DNA of 32,000 bases from assembly GCA_963699255.1 (NCBI GenBank), contig OY969425.1, positions 1,410,001 through 1,442,000 of the forward strand, in the 5' to 3' direction. The DNA is from an uncultured bacterium (lineage in GTDB: Bacteria > Margulisbacteria > WOR-1 > CAVSGV01). The notes under the pieces were generated by a model. That model saw only the letters and a list, made by a program, of their open reading frames with translations. It was not told where the DNA came from and did not search any database. The translations under genes and the position numbers were made by a program. Below are positions 10,105 through 18,285 of this stretch, in pieces (positions within the stretch are counted from its first letter, which is position 1; each line of letters opens with the position of its first letter).

Positions 10105-10887
10105 TCAGCAGACCTTCCTGTCTCTGAGTTTTTTCACCAGAGAGTCAACCATCTCATCCGCGGAGCCCTGGAGAATTTCGCCGCCGCCTTTTGGCGGAGG
10201 AGTGAATATACGGACCACCGACGTCGGAGATCCTTTCTGCCCGATCTTGCCGTCTTCCGCGTTTATGTCTTTCGCGCCCCACTGAGGGATAACGGCGCTC
10301 TTCGATTTTATCTTGCCTTTGAAAGAAGGCATTCGTGGAGTGTTCATCTGTTTTACGACGGTGATGAGCGCCGGCGGTTTTACTTCAACGATCTCGTTGG
10401 TATCTTCAAGGAGCCGGTTCACTTTCATAATGCCGTCGTTGATTTCAACTCCCACGGCGAACGTCACTTGCGGGATCTTCAGGAATTCGGATACCCCGGG
10501 ACCCACCTGAGCTGTGTCGCCGTCTATCGCCTGCTTGCCGCAGATGATAAGATCGAATGTTCCGATCTTTTTTATGGCCGAAGCGAGAGTATATGATGTC
10601 GCCCAGGTATCCGAGCCTGCGAAAGCCCTGTCTGATAACAGGATCGCTTCATCGGCGCCCAGGGCTATGGCATCCTTCAAGGCGGTTGTTGCCTGAGGAG
10701 GGCCCATGGTGATAACGGTGACTTTTCCGCCGTGTTTGTCGCGAAGCTGAAGTGCCGCTTCCAGGGCGTTCTCATCGAACGGATTGATGATGCTTTCAAC
10801 GCCTTCCCTTATCAGGGTATTTGTTTCGGGGTTGATCTTTACCTGGGTCGTTCCGGGGACCTGTTTTATACAGACGACAATGTTCAT
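10105..10887 (-). CDS. etfB: Electron transfer flavoprotein beta subunit (clostridial Bcd-Etf-like)
   Basis: 260 aa. Motifs MNIVVCIKQVPG, RAFAGSDTWATS and CGKQAIDGDTAQVGP. There is a 1-nt gap to etfA and a 2-nt gap from the dehydrogenase. Confidence 0.92.
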   Translation of the reverse strand: MNIVVCIKQVPGTTQVKINPETNTLIREGVESIINPFDENALEAALQLRDKHGGKVTVITMGPPQATTALKDAIALGADEAILLSDRAFAGSDTWATSYTLASAIKKIGTFDLIICGKQAIDGDTAQVGPGVSEFLKIPQVTFAVGVEINDGIMKVNRLLEDTNEIVEVKPPALITVVKQMNTPRMPSFKGKIKSKSAVIPQWGAKDINAEDGKIGQKGSPTSVVRIFTPPPKGGGEILQGSADEMVDSLVKKLRDRKVC

Positions 10888-10889
10888 TT

Positions 10890-12047
10890 CTATTTCTTGG
10901 CTGCGAGCTCCTTGATCAGTTCAAGGGCGATAACGTTGCGCTGTATCTGGTTTGTGCCTTCGTATATCTGGGTTATCTTCGCGTCCCTCATCATCTTTTC
11001 GACGGGGTATTCCTTCATGTAGCCGTATCCGCCGTGTATCTGGACCGCGTCGGTGGTGACCTTCATCGCGGTGTCTGACGCGAAAAGCTTGCACATCGCG
11101 GACATCTTTGATGTTTCTCCGGAGCCGGAATCTATCGTTCGCGCCGTCGCATACACCAGACATCTCGCGGCCTCGACTTGAGTTGCCATATCGGCCAGCA
11201 TATGCTGGACCGCCTGGAACGTGCTTATCTTGGCGCCGAACTGCTCTCTCTGCCTGGAATATTTGAGAGCTTCATTGAGAGCTCCCTGGGCTATCCCCAG
11301 TGCCTGGGCCGCGATGCCCGGCCTTGTCCTGTCCAGTGTTTTCATGGCTACTATGAATCCCATTCCTTCTTTTCCGAGCATCTGGCTCTTGTGCACCTTG
11401 CAATCCTGGAAAACAAGCTCCCGTGTGGCGGAAGCCCTGATCCCCATTTTATTCTCTTTTTTGCCGAACGTGAATCCCGGCATGTCCTTTTCGAGTATGA
11501 AGGCGGAAGCGCCTCTCGCTCCCTTTTTCCTGTCGGTTATCGCTATGACCGAATAGGTCTCAGCTTCTCCGCCGTTGGTTATCCACTGCTTTGTCCCGTT
11601 GAGTATGAAGTAATCCCCGTCTTTTTTTGCGGTGGTCTGCATACCGCCGGCGTCGGAGCCCGCGTTCGCCTCGGTAAGACCGAAAGCGGCCAGCTTCTTT
11701 CCGGCAGCGATATCCGGCAGGTATTTCTGTTTCTGTTCGTCCGTTCCGAACAATATGATGGGCATTGTCCCAAGGCCGGTCGCTGCGAATGCGAGCGCGA
11801 TCCCGCCGCAGATGATGCTGAGTTCTTCGGTCGCGATGCAGTACTCAAGGGTCCCTCCGCCTATCCCGCCGTATTTTTCCTCGATGCCGATACCCGTTAA
11901 GTTCGCTTCCGCGAGCGCCTTTACGACTTCCCACGGGAATTTCCCCGTTTCGTCAAGCTCTGCTCTCAGAGGAAGAGCTTTCTCTACGGCGATCTTCCTG
12001 GCCAGTTCCTGGACCATTTTCTGTTCTTCTGTAAACCCGTAATCCAT
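10890..12047 (-). CDS. Acyl-CoA dehydrogenase, short-chain/butyryl-CoA dehydrogenase-like
   Basis: 385 aa. Motifs GLTEANAGSD, WITNGG and C-terminal QIYEGTNQIQR (catalytic Glu context of SCAD/MCAD-type enzymes). Confidence 0.92.
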   Translation of the reverse strand: MDYGFTEEQKMVQELARKIAVEKALPLRAELDETGKFPWEVVKALAEANLTGIGIEEKYGGIGGGTLEYCIATEELSIICGGIALAFAATGLGTMPIILFGTDEQKQKYLPDIAAGKKLAAFGLTEANAGSDAGGMQTTAKKDGDYFILNGTKQWITNGGEAETYSVIAITDRKKGARGASAFILEKDMPGFTFGKKENKMGIRASATRELVFQDCKVHKSQMLGKEGMGFIVAMKTLDRTRPGIAAQALGIAQGALNEALKYSRQREQFGAKISTFQAVQHMLADMATQVEAARCLVYATARTIDSGSGETSKMSAMCKLFASDTAMKVTTDAVQIHGGYGYMKEYPVEKMMRDAKITQIYEGTNQIQRNVIALELIKELAAKK

Positions 12048-12079
12048 GTTCTCCTTACCTCCTAAAAAATCTATATTCA

Positions 12080-12148
12080 GGAGCCTGAGACTAAACGTCT
12101 CGGCTCCGCATCGAACTAAAAGGAACCGCGACGTTCAGTCGCAGGTTC
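12080..12148 (-). repeat. Tandem-hairpin intergenic element, copy 1 (fabH to acd). It is terminator- or attenuator-like on the transcribed minus strand.
   Basis: Hairpin 1 is ggagcc-t-gagac/taaac/gtctc-ggctcc (12080-12107). Hairpin 2 is ggaaccgcgac/gttca/gtcgc-a-ggttc (12122-12148). On the minus strand the second hairpin comes first and is followed by CTTTT. A second copy lies at 17746-17814. Confidence 0.65.
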
Positions 12149-12157
12149 ATTGTCATC

Positions 12158-13120
12158 TTACCACTTTATGACGTTCGCGCCGTATGTAAGCCCTGCGCCG
12201 AAACCCGCGAGTACAACAACATCCCCTCTCTTTATCCTTCCTTCTCTTGACGCTTCGTCAAGTGCTATGGGGATTGAAGCTGCCGAGGTATTTCCGTACC
12301 GGTCGAGGTTAACATATACTTTATCTTTTGACAAGCCTAAATTCCTTAATGCAAAGTCGATTATCCTGATGTTGGCCTGGTGCGGAATGAGAAGAGAAAT
12401 GTCATCGGTTTTCAGCTTTGACCTTTCAAGGACCGCCTTGATGCTCTTCGGCAGCACCTTGACCGCGAACTTAAAGACTTCCTTGCCGTCCATCCAGATG
12501 AACCTTTTTTTCGCTTCGGGGTCCCTGGAGCCTCCGCCGGGCATTATCAGGTGCTTCCCTCCGCTTCCCTCGGCTCCCAGATAACTCGCAAGGACACCGC
12601 TTCCGTCATTCGTTGCCTTAAGCATCACCGCTCCCGCCCCGTCACCGAACAATATGCAGGTGTTCCTGTCCGTCCAGTCAAGGTATTTTGTGAGCGTGTC
12701 GGCGCCTATTACCAGTACATTATTATATACTCCGGATTCAATGAAGCATGCAGCTGACGCGAGAGCATAGTTAAAGCCGGTGCAGGCGGCGGAAACGTCA
12801 AAAGCCGCGGAGTTGACCGCTCCCAGCTTATCCTGGACTATGCAGGCGGTTGAGGGGAACAGCATATCGGGGGAGGAAGTGCCGACGATTATCAGCTCGA
12901 TCTCCTTCGGGTCCATCTTTGCGGAAGCGATTGTCTTGCGCGCCGCTTCAATGGCGAGGTCGGATGTCGCCTCGCTTTTATCCGAGATCCTTCGCTCCCT
13001 TATCCCCGTGCGGTCCCTTATCCATTCATCGGTGGTATCCACCATCTTTTCAATGTCGAAATTCGTCAGGACCTTCTTCGGGAGGTATGAACCGACGCCG
13101 ACGATCGAAGCCCTTTTCAT
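12158..13120 (-). CDS. fabH: 3-oxoacyl-ACP synthase III (KAS III)
   Basis: 320 aa. Active-site contexts are SAACTGF (Cys), IPHQANIRI (His) and GNTSAASIP (Asn). Confidence 0.95.
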   Translation of the reverse strand: MKRASIVGVGSYLPKKVLTNFDIEKMVDTTDEWIRDRTGIRERRISDKSEATSDLAIEAARKTIASAKMDPKEIELIIVGTSSPDMLFPSTACIVQDKLGAVNSAAFDVSAACTGFNYALASAACFIESGVYNNVLVIGADTLTKYLDWTDRNTCILFGDGAGAVMLKATNDGSGVLASYLGAEGSGGKHLIMPGGGSRDPEAKKRFIWMDGKEVFKFAVKVLPKSIKAVLERSKLKTDDISLLIPHQANIRIIDFALRNLGLSKDKVYVNLDRYGNTSAASIPIALDEASREGRIKRGDVVVLAGFGAGLTYGANVIKW

Positions 13121-14110
13121 CTAACCTACCTCCACCTTCGATATATAGTTCACGACATTTCCTTCAACAGATTCAGCGGCCACCCTTACGGCGTTCTTTA
13201 TTGCTTTTGCCTTCGCTCTCCCGTGCGCCTTGATCACAACTCCGTTAAGGCCCAGCAGCTCCGCACCGCCGAATTCGTCATAATCGACTTTTTTGTTTAT
13301 CCGCTTGAATGCCGGCAAAAGGAAAAGCACGGCCAGCTTTGTTATCGGATGCTTGGACAGTTCTTCTTTTATCAGGCTAAAGAGAAAGCCCGCGGTGGAT
13401 TCGCCGAATTTCAATATCAGATTGCCGATAAATCCGTCGCAGACCACAACATCCACCTTTCCCGAAAATATTTCCTTGCTTTCCACCATTCCGGTAAAAT
13501 TCAAACCCGATTCTTTAAGCAGGGGATATGTGGATGTCGTAAGCTCGTTCCCTTTCTCGGGCTCCTCTCCGATATTGAGAAGGCCAACCCTCGGATTATC
13601 CGCGTGAAGGACATATTTTGAGTAGATGCTCCCCATTTTTGCGAACTGAACGAGATGCTTGGGCTTACAGTCCACATTGGCGCCCATGTCAAGAAGCAGG
13701 ACTCTGCCGTTCTTTGTCGGGAATATGGTCGCGATGGCCGGCCTCTCGATGCCGGGAACCCTTCCGAGGCCGAACAGGGCGGAGGCCATAAACGCTCCGG
13801 TGTTGCCGGCGGAAACAACGGCATCCGCCTTTCCTTCTTTTACAAGGGATACCGCGACATTTATCGAGGAATCTTTTTTTTGTTTTATCGCCTGAATAGG
13901 AGGTTCGCTTGTTTCTATGACTTCGGTCGCGTTATATATGGAAATGTTCTTTATATTTTTGTACCGCTTAAGCTCTCTTGATATAGCATTTTCGCGGCCA
14001 ACAAGGATCATTTCTATGTTGGGATTATCCGCCAATGCGGCGACCGCGCCTTTCACCGTTTCTGCCGGAGCGAAGTCTCCGCCCATTGCATCCAGCGCTA
14101 TGCGGATCAA
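13121..14110 (-). CDS. plsX: Phosphate acyltransferase PlsX
   Basis: 329 aa. N-terminus MIRIALDAMGGDFAP, and position between rpmF and fabH. It abuts fabH with no gap. Confidence 0.95.
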   Translation of the reverse strand: MIRIALDAMGGDFAPAETVKGAVAALADNPNIEMILVGRENAISRELKRYKNIKNISIYNATEVIETSEPPIQAIKQKKDSSINVAVSLVKEGKADAVVSAGNTGAFMASALFGLGRVPGIERPAIATIFPTKNGRVLLLDMGANVDCKPKHLVQFAKMGSIYSKYVLHADNPRVGLLNIGEEPEKGNELTTSTYPLLKESGLNFTGMVESKEIFSGKVDVVVCDGFIGNLILKFGESTAGFLFSLIKEELSKHPITKLAVLFLLPAFKRINKKVDYDEFGGAELLGLNGVVIKAHGRAKAKAIKNAVRVAAESVEGNVVNYISKVEVG

Positions 14111-14364
14111 GACTTGGACTTCTCCTCTTTGTCCGCGGGGGCTTTTTCCGCCTGGGGTTTGTTTTTGGCGGGTTTTTTCTTTTCTTCGGTCTCTATCTTA
14201 AGCACCATTCTTCCCTGATATGTGCCGCATACCGGGCAGGCGTGGTGGGGTAGCACTTTTGAATGGCACTGCGGGCAATCACCCAGGTTCATGAGCTTTA
14301 GCTTCCAGTTGGCTCTTCTTGTCCGCGTCCTTGTGTTCGAATGTCTTTTCTTTGGTACCGGCAT
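14107..14364 (-). CDS. rpmF: 50S ribosomal protein L32 with a Lys/Glu-rich C-terminal extension
   Basis: Motifs MPVPKKRHSNTRTRTRRANWK and CPQC..CPVCG (zinc ribbon). The 85-aa length includes a roughly 30-aa KKKPAKNKPQAEKAPADKEEKSKS tail. It overlaps plsX by 4 nt. Confidence 0.93.
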   Translation of the reverse strand: MPVPKKRHSNTRTRTRRANWKLKLMNLGDCPQCHSKVLPHHACPVCGTYQGRMVLKIETEEKKKPAKNKPQAEKAPADKEEKSKS

Positions 14365-14365
14365 T

Positions 14366-14908
14366 TCAATTACCTCCAGTTATTTTTATGGTCTTCAGCT
14401 TTTCCAGCCGCGGGTCCATCTTTTTGTTCTTTCCCGATGAAATATCCGGCAGCTTGCATGTCTTGCTGCACAGAGGCTTTATCGGGAGCGAAACCAGGAT
14501 ATTCTGCCTTATTGCTTCATCCAGGTCAATGATATTATTCTCATCTATCTCAAAGATCATATCTTTGTCTTTAAGCTCTATCTCCGCGCCCTTTTCATTT
14601 CCGCCACTGCGGGCGGAACAAGCTTCGCTGTCACTCAAGCTTTTTTCAAGGCCTTTTACGTATTCTTCCTCTATGCTGATATCCACCGGCATGTCGAACT
14701 TCTTCAAACATCTGCTGCAATCCAGCCTTGCGGTGGTTTTTAGCGAGCCTGATACGAGCACCGAGGCGCCCGTATTCACCAGCTTTAGCCTGGCGCGTAC
14801 CGGCGCTGTAAGGGCGATATCTTCATCATCAAGAGATATCTTTTCTTCTTCTTCTATATTAAGTACCGCCCCAAGGCTCTTCAGGAGGTCGGACACGTCG
14901 ATTTTCAT
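14366..14908 (-). CDS. yceD: YceD/DUF177 family protein (ribosome-associated, conserved upstream of rpmF)
   Basis: 180 aa. Motifs CSRCLKKF and LDEAIRQNILVSLPIKPLC are typical of DUF177, and it sits in the classic position before rpmF-plsX. Confidence 0.85.
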   Translation of the reverse strand: MKIDVSDLLKSLGAVLNIEEEEKISLDDEDIALTAPVRARLKLVNTGASVLVSGSLKTTARLDCSRCLKKFDMPVDISIEEEYVKGLEKSLSDSEACSARSGGNEKGAEIELKDKDMIFEIDENNIIDLDEAIRQNILVSLPIKPLCSKTCKLPDISSGKNKKMDPRLEKLKTIKITGGN

Positions 14909-14922
14909 AAAAACAAACGGTA

Positions 14923-14951
14923 ATTATATAGACGGGGCGGGGGTATGTCAA
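14923..14951 (-). promoter_or_regulatory. Consensus sigma70-type promoter for the yceD-rpmF-plsX-fab operon
   Basis: The minus strand reads TTGACA (14951-14946), a 17-nt spacer, then TATAAT (14928-14923). The -10 ends 14 nt before the yceD ATG. Confidence 0.7.
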
Positions 14952-14970
14952 TCGCACAATTCGGCCAGAA

Positions 14971-15009
14971 AATAAAAAAGCCGGCTAGGCGCTGTCGCTT
15001 AACCGGCTT
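14971..15009 (-). terminator. Intrinsic terminator after the lipoprotein gene
   Basis: The minus strand reads AAGCCGG-ttaagcgacagcgcctag-CCGGCTT followed by TTTTTATTTT, starting 16 nt after the stop at 15025. Confidence 0.7.
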
Positions 15010-15024
15010 AATACTAAAAAGGTA

Positions 15025-16149
15025 TCAATCCACTTGCATCACAAGGAAATTACACGGCTGACCGCCCTCAACTCCAAAAGCAAATATCATATATTTATAT
15101 TTACCGTCAGCAGCATCCGGCCCGACTTGTGCAGCAACCCCCTTATATGTAGAAGTGCCATAGGTAATGGTTCCACTGCCATGATCTGTTATATATATTG
15201 GTATTATACCAGAGCCTGGATCCTGTGCTTCAAAGGTTATTACCACATAATTTGTTGAGTCGGCCCCTGCTTCAACGCCATTAGGGTATTCCCTCCCGAT
15301 CATTTTTTTGGCCCCGTCAGGGTATGCAGTAATAGGACGGGTTTCATTTGATCCATTCACGGCATCGTATACAAATCTTACTCCTCTGTAATTTTTGCTG
15401 GATAGGTCGGTTATATCAATCGCCTCAACAGAGGCTCCTGCAAATCCGCCGCTAGCCCCATTGTCGCCCATGAACACCCCTGTGGGGGTCATGAAGATCT
15501 TCGGATCTGACGGAGTGGTATTTTTCATTATTCCGTTGTTAAACGAATAATCCGGTGACGGAGCGAAGTTACTCACGGGTTCTCCGCCCAAAAGAAAGTC
15601 AGTTACATTAAAATGCCAGCCTGATGGGTTTGTGACCTCGACAGATCCATAAGCTGTATTGCCGGTCGTCCAGCCTTGCCAAGGGATCGTCACATAAACA
15701 TATTTTCCCGCGGACGGCGGGGTTGCTGAATGGGCCGTGCATACGATTATATTATCTCCATGTCCCTCTTCAGAGCAAACAGGATGGATCATCAGCATCG
15801 TATTTGGAAATTCAAGAAAATATGCAACCTGGCCCTGGACTTCAGTTGGATTTGCAGCGGAAACAAAGGCTTTGCGGAATCCATTGGATAGCGTCTCCCA
15901 GGTACCCGACACCCAAAAACCTGTTGTTTCATCTGAGCCCAAAAAAGTTTCGGGGCTTATCGTCCACGTCCATACGTCACCCGGGCTTTGGGTCCCAGAG
16001 TATTCATATGTTCCGGGTCTGTTCGAGAGTATGGTTACTCCTCCGCTGCTTCCTCCGCCGCTTGTTGCATTCGAACCGCAGCCGTAAATGAAGGCAAGGG
16101 ACAGGACGACCAGCGCGACCAGGAACAAAGGCAAATACTTCTTTATCAT
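15025..16149 (-). CDS. Probable lipoprotein, function unknown
   Basis: Signal peptide MIKKYLPLFLVALVVLSLAFIYGC followed by a Gly/Ser linker. AGGAGG Shine-Dalgarno 8 nt upstream. I recognise no family. Confidence 0.8.
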   Translation of the reverse strand: MIKKYLPLFLVALVVLSLAFIYGCGSNATSGGGSSGGVTILSNRPGTYEYSGTQSPGDVWTWTISPETFLGSDETTGFWVSGTWETLSNGFRKAFVSAANPTEVQGQVAYFLEFPNTMLMIHPVCSEEGHGDNIIVCTAHSATPPSAGKYVYVTIPWQGWTTGNTAYGSVEVTNPSGWHFNVTDFLLGGEPVSNFAPSPDYSFNNGIMKNTTPSDPKIFMTPTGVFMGDNGASGGFAGASVEAIDITDLSSKNYRGVRFVYDAVNGSNETRPITAYPDGAKKMIGREYPNGVEAGADSTNYVVITFEAQDPGSGIIPIYITDHGSGTITYGTSTYKGVAAQVGPDAADGKYKYMIFAFGVEGGQPCNFLVMQVD

Positions 16150-16186
16150 GTCATTTTCCTCCTCTTAGGGCCTTTAAGCGAAGTGG

Positions 16187-16215
16187 ATTATGAACCCGCA
16201 GGTTTGTAAAGTCAA
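16187..16215 (-). promoter_or_regulatory. Candidate sigma70-type promoter for the lipoprotein gene
   Basis: The minus strand reads TTGACT (16215-16210), a 17-nt spacer, then CATAAT (16192-16187). Confidence 0.55.
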
Positions 16216-16380
16216 GTATTGTCGAAATAGACTGCAGGTGACGGTAAACACCACAGTATTTTATGTGATCTGTTCGGGAAAGGTGCGGCAGGAAAATTGC
16301 TAGTTATGTTTAGTGTAATCGGCATGCGGTTTCGAAGCGCGTAACGTTTATCGTGCATAGTGTGCCGTAAGGCGAGTAAA

Positions 16381-16836
16381 ATGAATAATAAAATCCATAG
16401 TTTTAAAGACCTTGATGTATATAAATGCTCATATGAGGCAGCGATATCGGTAATAGGGAAAGTATTGCCAAAGCTTCCAAAAGAAGAAAGATTTGATTTG
16501 GTTGACCAGCTTAGAAGATCGTCAAAAGCTATCCCAAGGCTAATAGCCGAAGGATATGCAAAGAGACACCAAAACAAAGGATTTCAGAAATACCTTGATG
16601 ACGCCCTCGCAGAAAGCAACGAAACTCTCGTAGGTATCGAACAATGCAGGGATATCTATTCAGACTATATTGACATTGAATTGTGCAATAAACTTGTTGA
16701 CATATACGACAAGATCAGCAGGCAGCTATATAATTTAAGATTCGCATGGAACAATTTTAGCAATAAACTAAACCGGAACACGCCTCTCAATCGCGCTTCG
16801 ACCCCACAACCGTCAACACGATCTGACATTCTCTGA
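16381..16836 (+). CDS. Four-helix-bundle protein (23S rRNA intervening-sequence protein / Avd-like family)
   Basis: Family signature FKDLDVYK..A.., DQLRRSS.SIP..IAEGY.R... and E..T... The ATG at 16381 (MNNKIHSFKDL) is preferred over the track's GTG at 16360. Confidence 0.85.
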   Translation: MNNKIHSFKDLDVYKCSYEAAISVIGKVLPKLPKEERFDLVDQLRRSSKAIPRLIAEGYAKRHQNKGFQKYLDDALAESNETLVGIEQCRDIYSDYIDIELCNKLVDIYDKISRQLYNLRFAWNNFSNKLNRNTPLNRASTPQPSTRSDIL

Positions 16837-16842
16837 ATGTTT

Positions 16843-17724
16843 TCACTTCGCTCTCGGATGTGCTTTATCGTAGATCGATTTCAGCTTTTCTTTGGTTATG
16901 TGAGTGTATATCTGCGTCGTGGAAAGCGAAGAATGACCGAGGAGCTCCTGAACTATCTTCAGGTCCGCGCCGCCGCTCAAGAGGTGCGTCGCGAAGGAAT
17001 GCCTCAGCGTATGCGGCGTCACGCGCTTTTCCAGTCCCGCCTTCCTTGCGTATTTCCTTATCATTCGCTCTATCGATCTGCTCGTGAGCCTGGATCCCGC
17101 GCGCCCCATGAACAATGAGCTCTCAGCTTTTTTATCTCTGTCGGCGAGATAAGCTTTTATCGAATTGATCGCGTGCGACCCTATCAGGACTACCCTTTCC
17201 TTGTCTCCCTTTCCCTGAACGAGCACTTCGCCGCCCTCAAGGTCAATGTTTTCCGTCCTTAGCTTCACGACTTCGCCCACCCTCATGCCGGAGGCGTAGA
17301 TCAACTCAATGATCGCCAGATCGCGGGGTCCGTTCCTGTGTTTTAAATTCACCGCGTTCAACAACTTTACGACCTCTTCGGCATACAGGAAGGATGGCAG
17401 CCTTTTCCCGAGCTTCGGGGTGAGGATGTGTTCAAACGGGTTCAGCTTTATTTTTCTTTCCCGTAAAAGATACCTGAAAAAAGCCCTGCAAGAAGAGATC
17501 TTCCTTGCGACGGATTTTTTTGAGAAGCTTTTCAGTTCGAGCCAGCGCAGGTAGCTCCTCGCGAAAGCCGGGTCAATTCTCATGGGATCATCAAAGAGCG
17601 AGCCCTTGCTCTTTACGAAACCGATGAACTGGTCGACATCCCTTGTATAGGCAAGGACGGTGTGCGGTGAAAGGTTAAGCTCCAGCTTGAGATATGAACG
17701 GAAGGGGTCAACGAACGGCTTCAT
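16843..17724 (-). CDS. Tyrosine recombinase, XerC/XerD family
   Basis: 293 aa. Motifs ASGMRVGE (Arg), HTLRHSFATHLL (HxxR) and LGHSSLSTTQIYTHI (catalytic Tyr). I cannot tell XerC from XerD by eye. Confidence 0.9.
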   Translation of the reverse strand: MKPFVDPFRSYLKLELNLSPHTVLAYTRDVDQFIGFVKSKGSLFDDPMRIDPAFARSYLRWLELKSFSKKSVARKISSCRAFFRYLLRERKIKLNPFEHILTPKLGKRLPSFLYAEEVVKLLNAVNLKHRNGPRDLAIIELIYASGMRVGEVVKLRTENIDLEGGEVLVQGKGDKERVVLIGSHAINSIKAYLADRDKKAESSLFMGRAGSRLTSRSIERMIRKYARKAGLEKRVTPHTLRHSFATHLLSGGADLKIVQELLGHSSLSTTQIYTHITKEKLKSIYDKAHPRAK

Positions 17725-17745
17725 TTAAGAACTCTGAATGATTTT

Positions 17746-17814
17746 GGAACCTGAGAGTAAAACTCTCGGTTCCAAATCCTTTCAAAGGAACCGCGACTTT
17801 TAGTCGCAGGTTCC
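17746..17814 (-). repeat. Tandem-hairpin intergenic element, copy 2 (M15 peptidase to xer gene)
   Basis: Hairpin 1 is ggaacc-t-gagag/taaaa/ctctc-ggttcc (17746-17773). Hairpin 2 is ggaaccgcgac/tttta/gtcgc-a-ggttcc (17787-17814). It has the same architecture and bulges as 12080-12148, with paired base changes in hairpin 1. Confidence 0.65.
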
Positions 17815-17820
17815 ATGATA

Positions 17821-18255
17821 TTAATCAAGCCCATATATATGTTTCTTGTCCGCGGTAAGAACTATATATTTGCCTTTATCCTTTACCCATTCTTCCCTTT
17901 CAGGAACATTGCGCAGATCGACATGCACCGTGCCGTCCTCGAGGTTAAGGCCGATCCCTTTTACTTCCTCGATCTCCCTGACATCCTTGAACAGTTCCTG
18001 GGGCGACATGCCGTCTACATATATATGTGCCGCCTTGCCGTATATGTGGAAGCTCTTCCTCCCGCCCCCAAGCCTTTCATTCTCCGCCTCGCACCTGTAA
18101 GAGCTTTTTATCTTGATTGGCTTGTTCAGCTTGCATGTGAGCGCCTCAAGCGCGCCGACAAGGCCCAGGTGTATCTTGTATTCCTTGTTGGTCTTGCATG
18201 CCTCGCATTTGCAGAAAAAATCCTGATGATTGAAATGGTCGCTTAAGTTCCCCAC
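17821..18255 (-). CDS. Peptidase M15-like (D-Ala-D-Ala carboxypeptidase / DUF882-type) small zinc peptidase
   Basis: Motifs SSYRC..N..GG..SFHIYGKAAH and VHVD match the SxHxxGxAxD ... H scaffold, with His in place of the usual Asp ligand. The GTG start has no clear Shine-Dalgarno, so the start is uncertain. Confidence 0.7.
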   Translation of the reverse strand: MGNLSDHFNHQDFFCKCEACKTNKEYKIHLGLVGALEALTCKLNKPIKIKSSYRCEAENERLGGGRKSFHIYGKAAHIYVDGMSPQELFKDVREIEEVKGIGLNLEDGTVHVDLRNVPEREEWVKDKGKYIVLTADKKHIYGLD

Positions 18256-18256
18256 G

Positions 18257-18285
18257 TGGACATTTTATCACACTGATGTTATACT
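18257..18285 (+). promoter_or_regulatory. Candidate sigma70-type promoter for metK
   Basis: TGGACA (18257-18262), a 17-nt spacer, then TATACT (18280-18285), with a TG at the extended -10 position. Confidence 0.55.

Noticed and set aside
9907-10596. 229-aa plus-strand ORF
   Set aside because: It is antisense to the etfA/etfB junction, and both real genes have clear family motifs.
11178-12042. Plus-strand ORFs of 240, 111 and 136 aa, and an 89-aa minus-strand ORF
   Set aside because: All overlap the acyl-CoA dehydrogenase gene in other frames. This is typical of GC-richer coding DNA.
14319-14975. 218-aa plus-strand ORF
   Set aside because: It is antisense to yceD/rpmF, Ser/Phe/Leu-rich, and runs through the operon promoter.
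16212-16577. 121-aa minus-strand ORF
   Set aside because: It overlaps the well-supported four-helix-bundle gene and the predicted lipoprotein promoter, and it has no motifs.
16381-17724. Diversity-generating retroelement or integrated mobile element (Avd-like four-helix-bundle gene next to a tyrosine recombinase)
   Set aside because: There is no reverse transcriptase, no template/variable repeat pair and no flanking att-like direct repeats. The recombinase has the size and motifs of housekeeping XerC/XerD, and the two genes are convergent.
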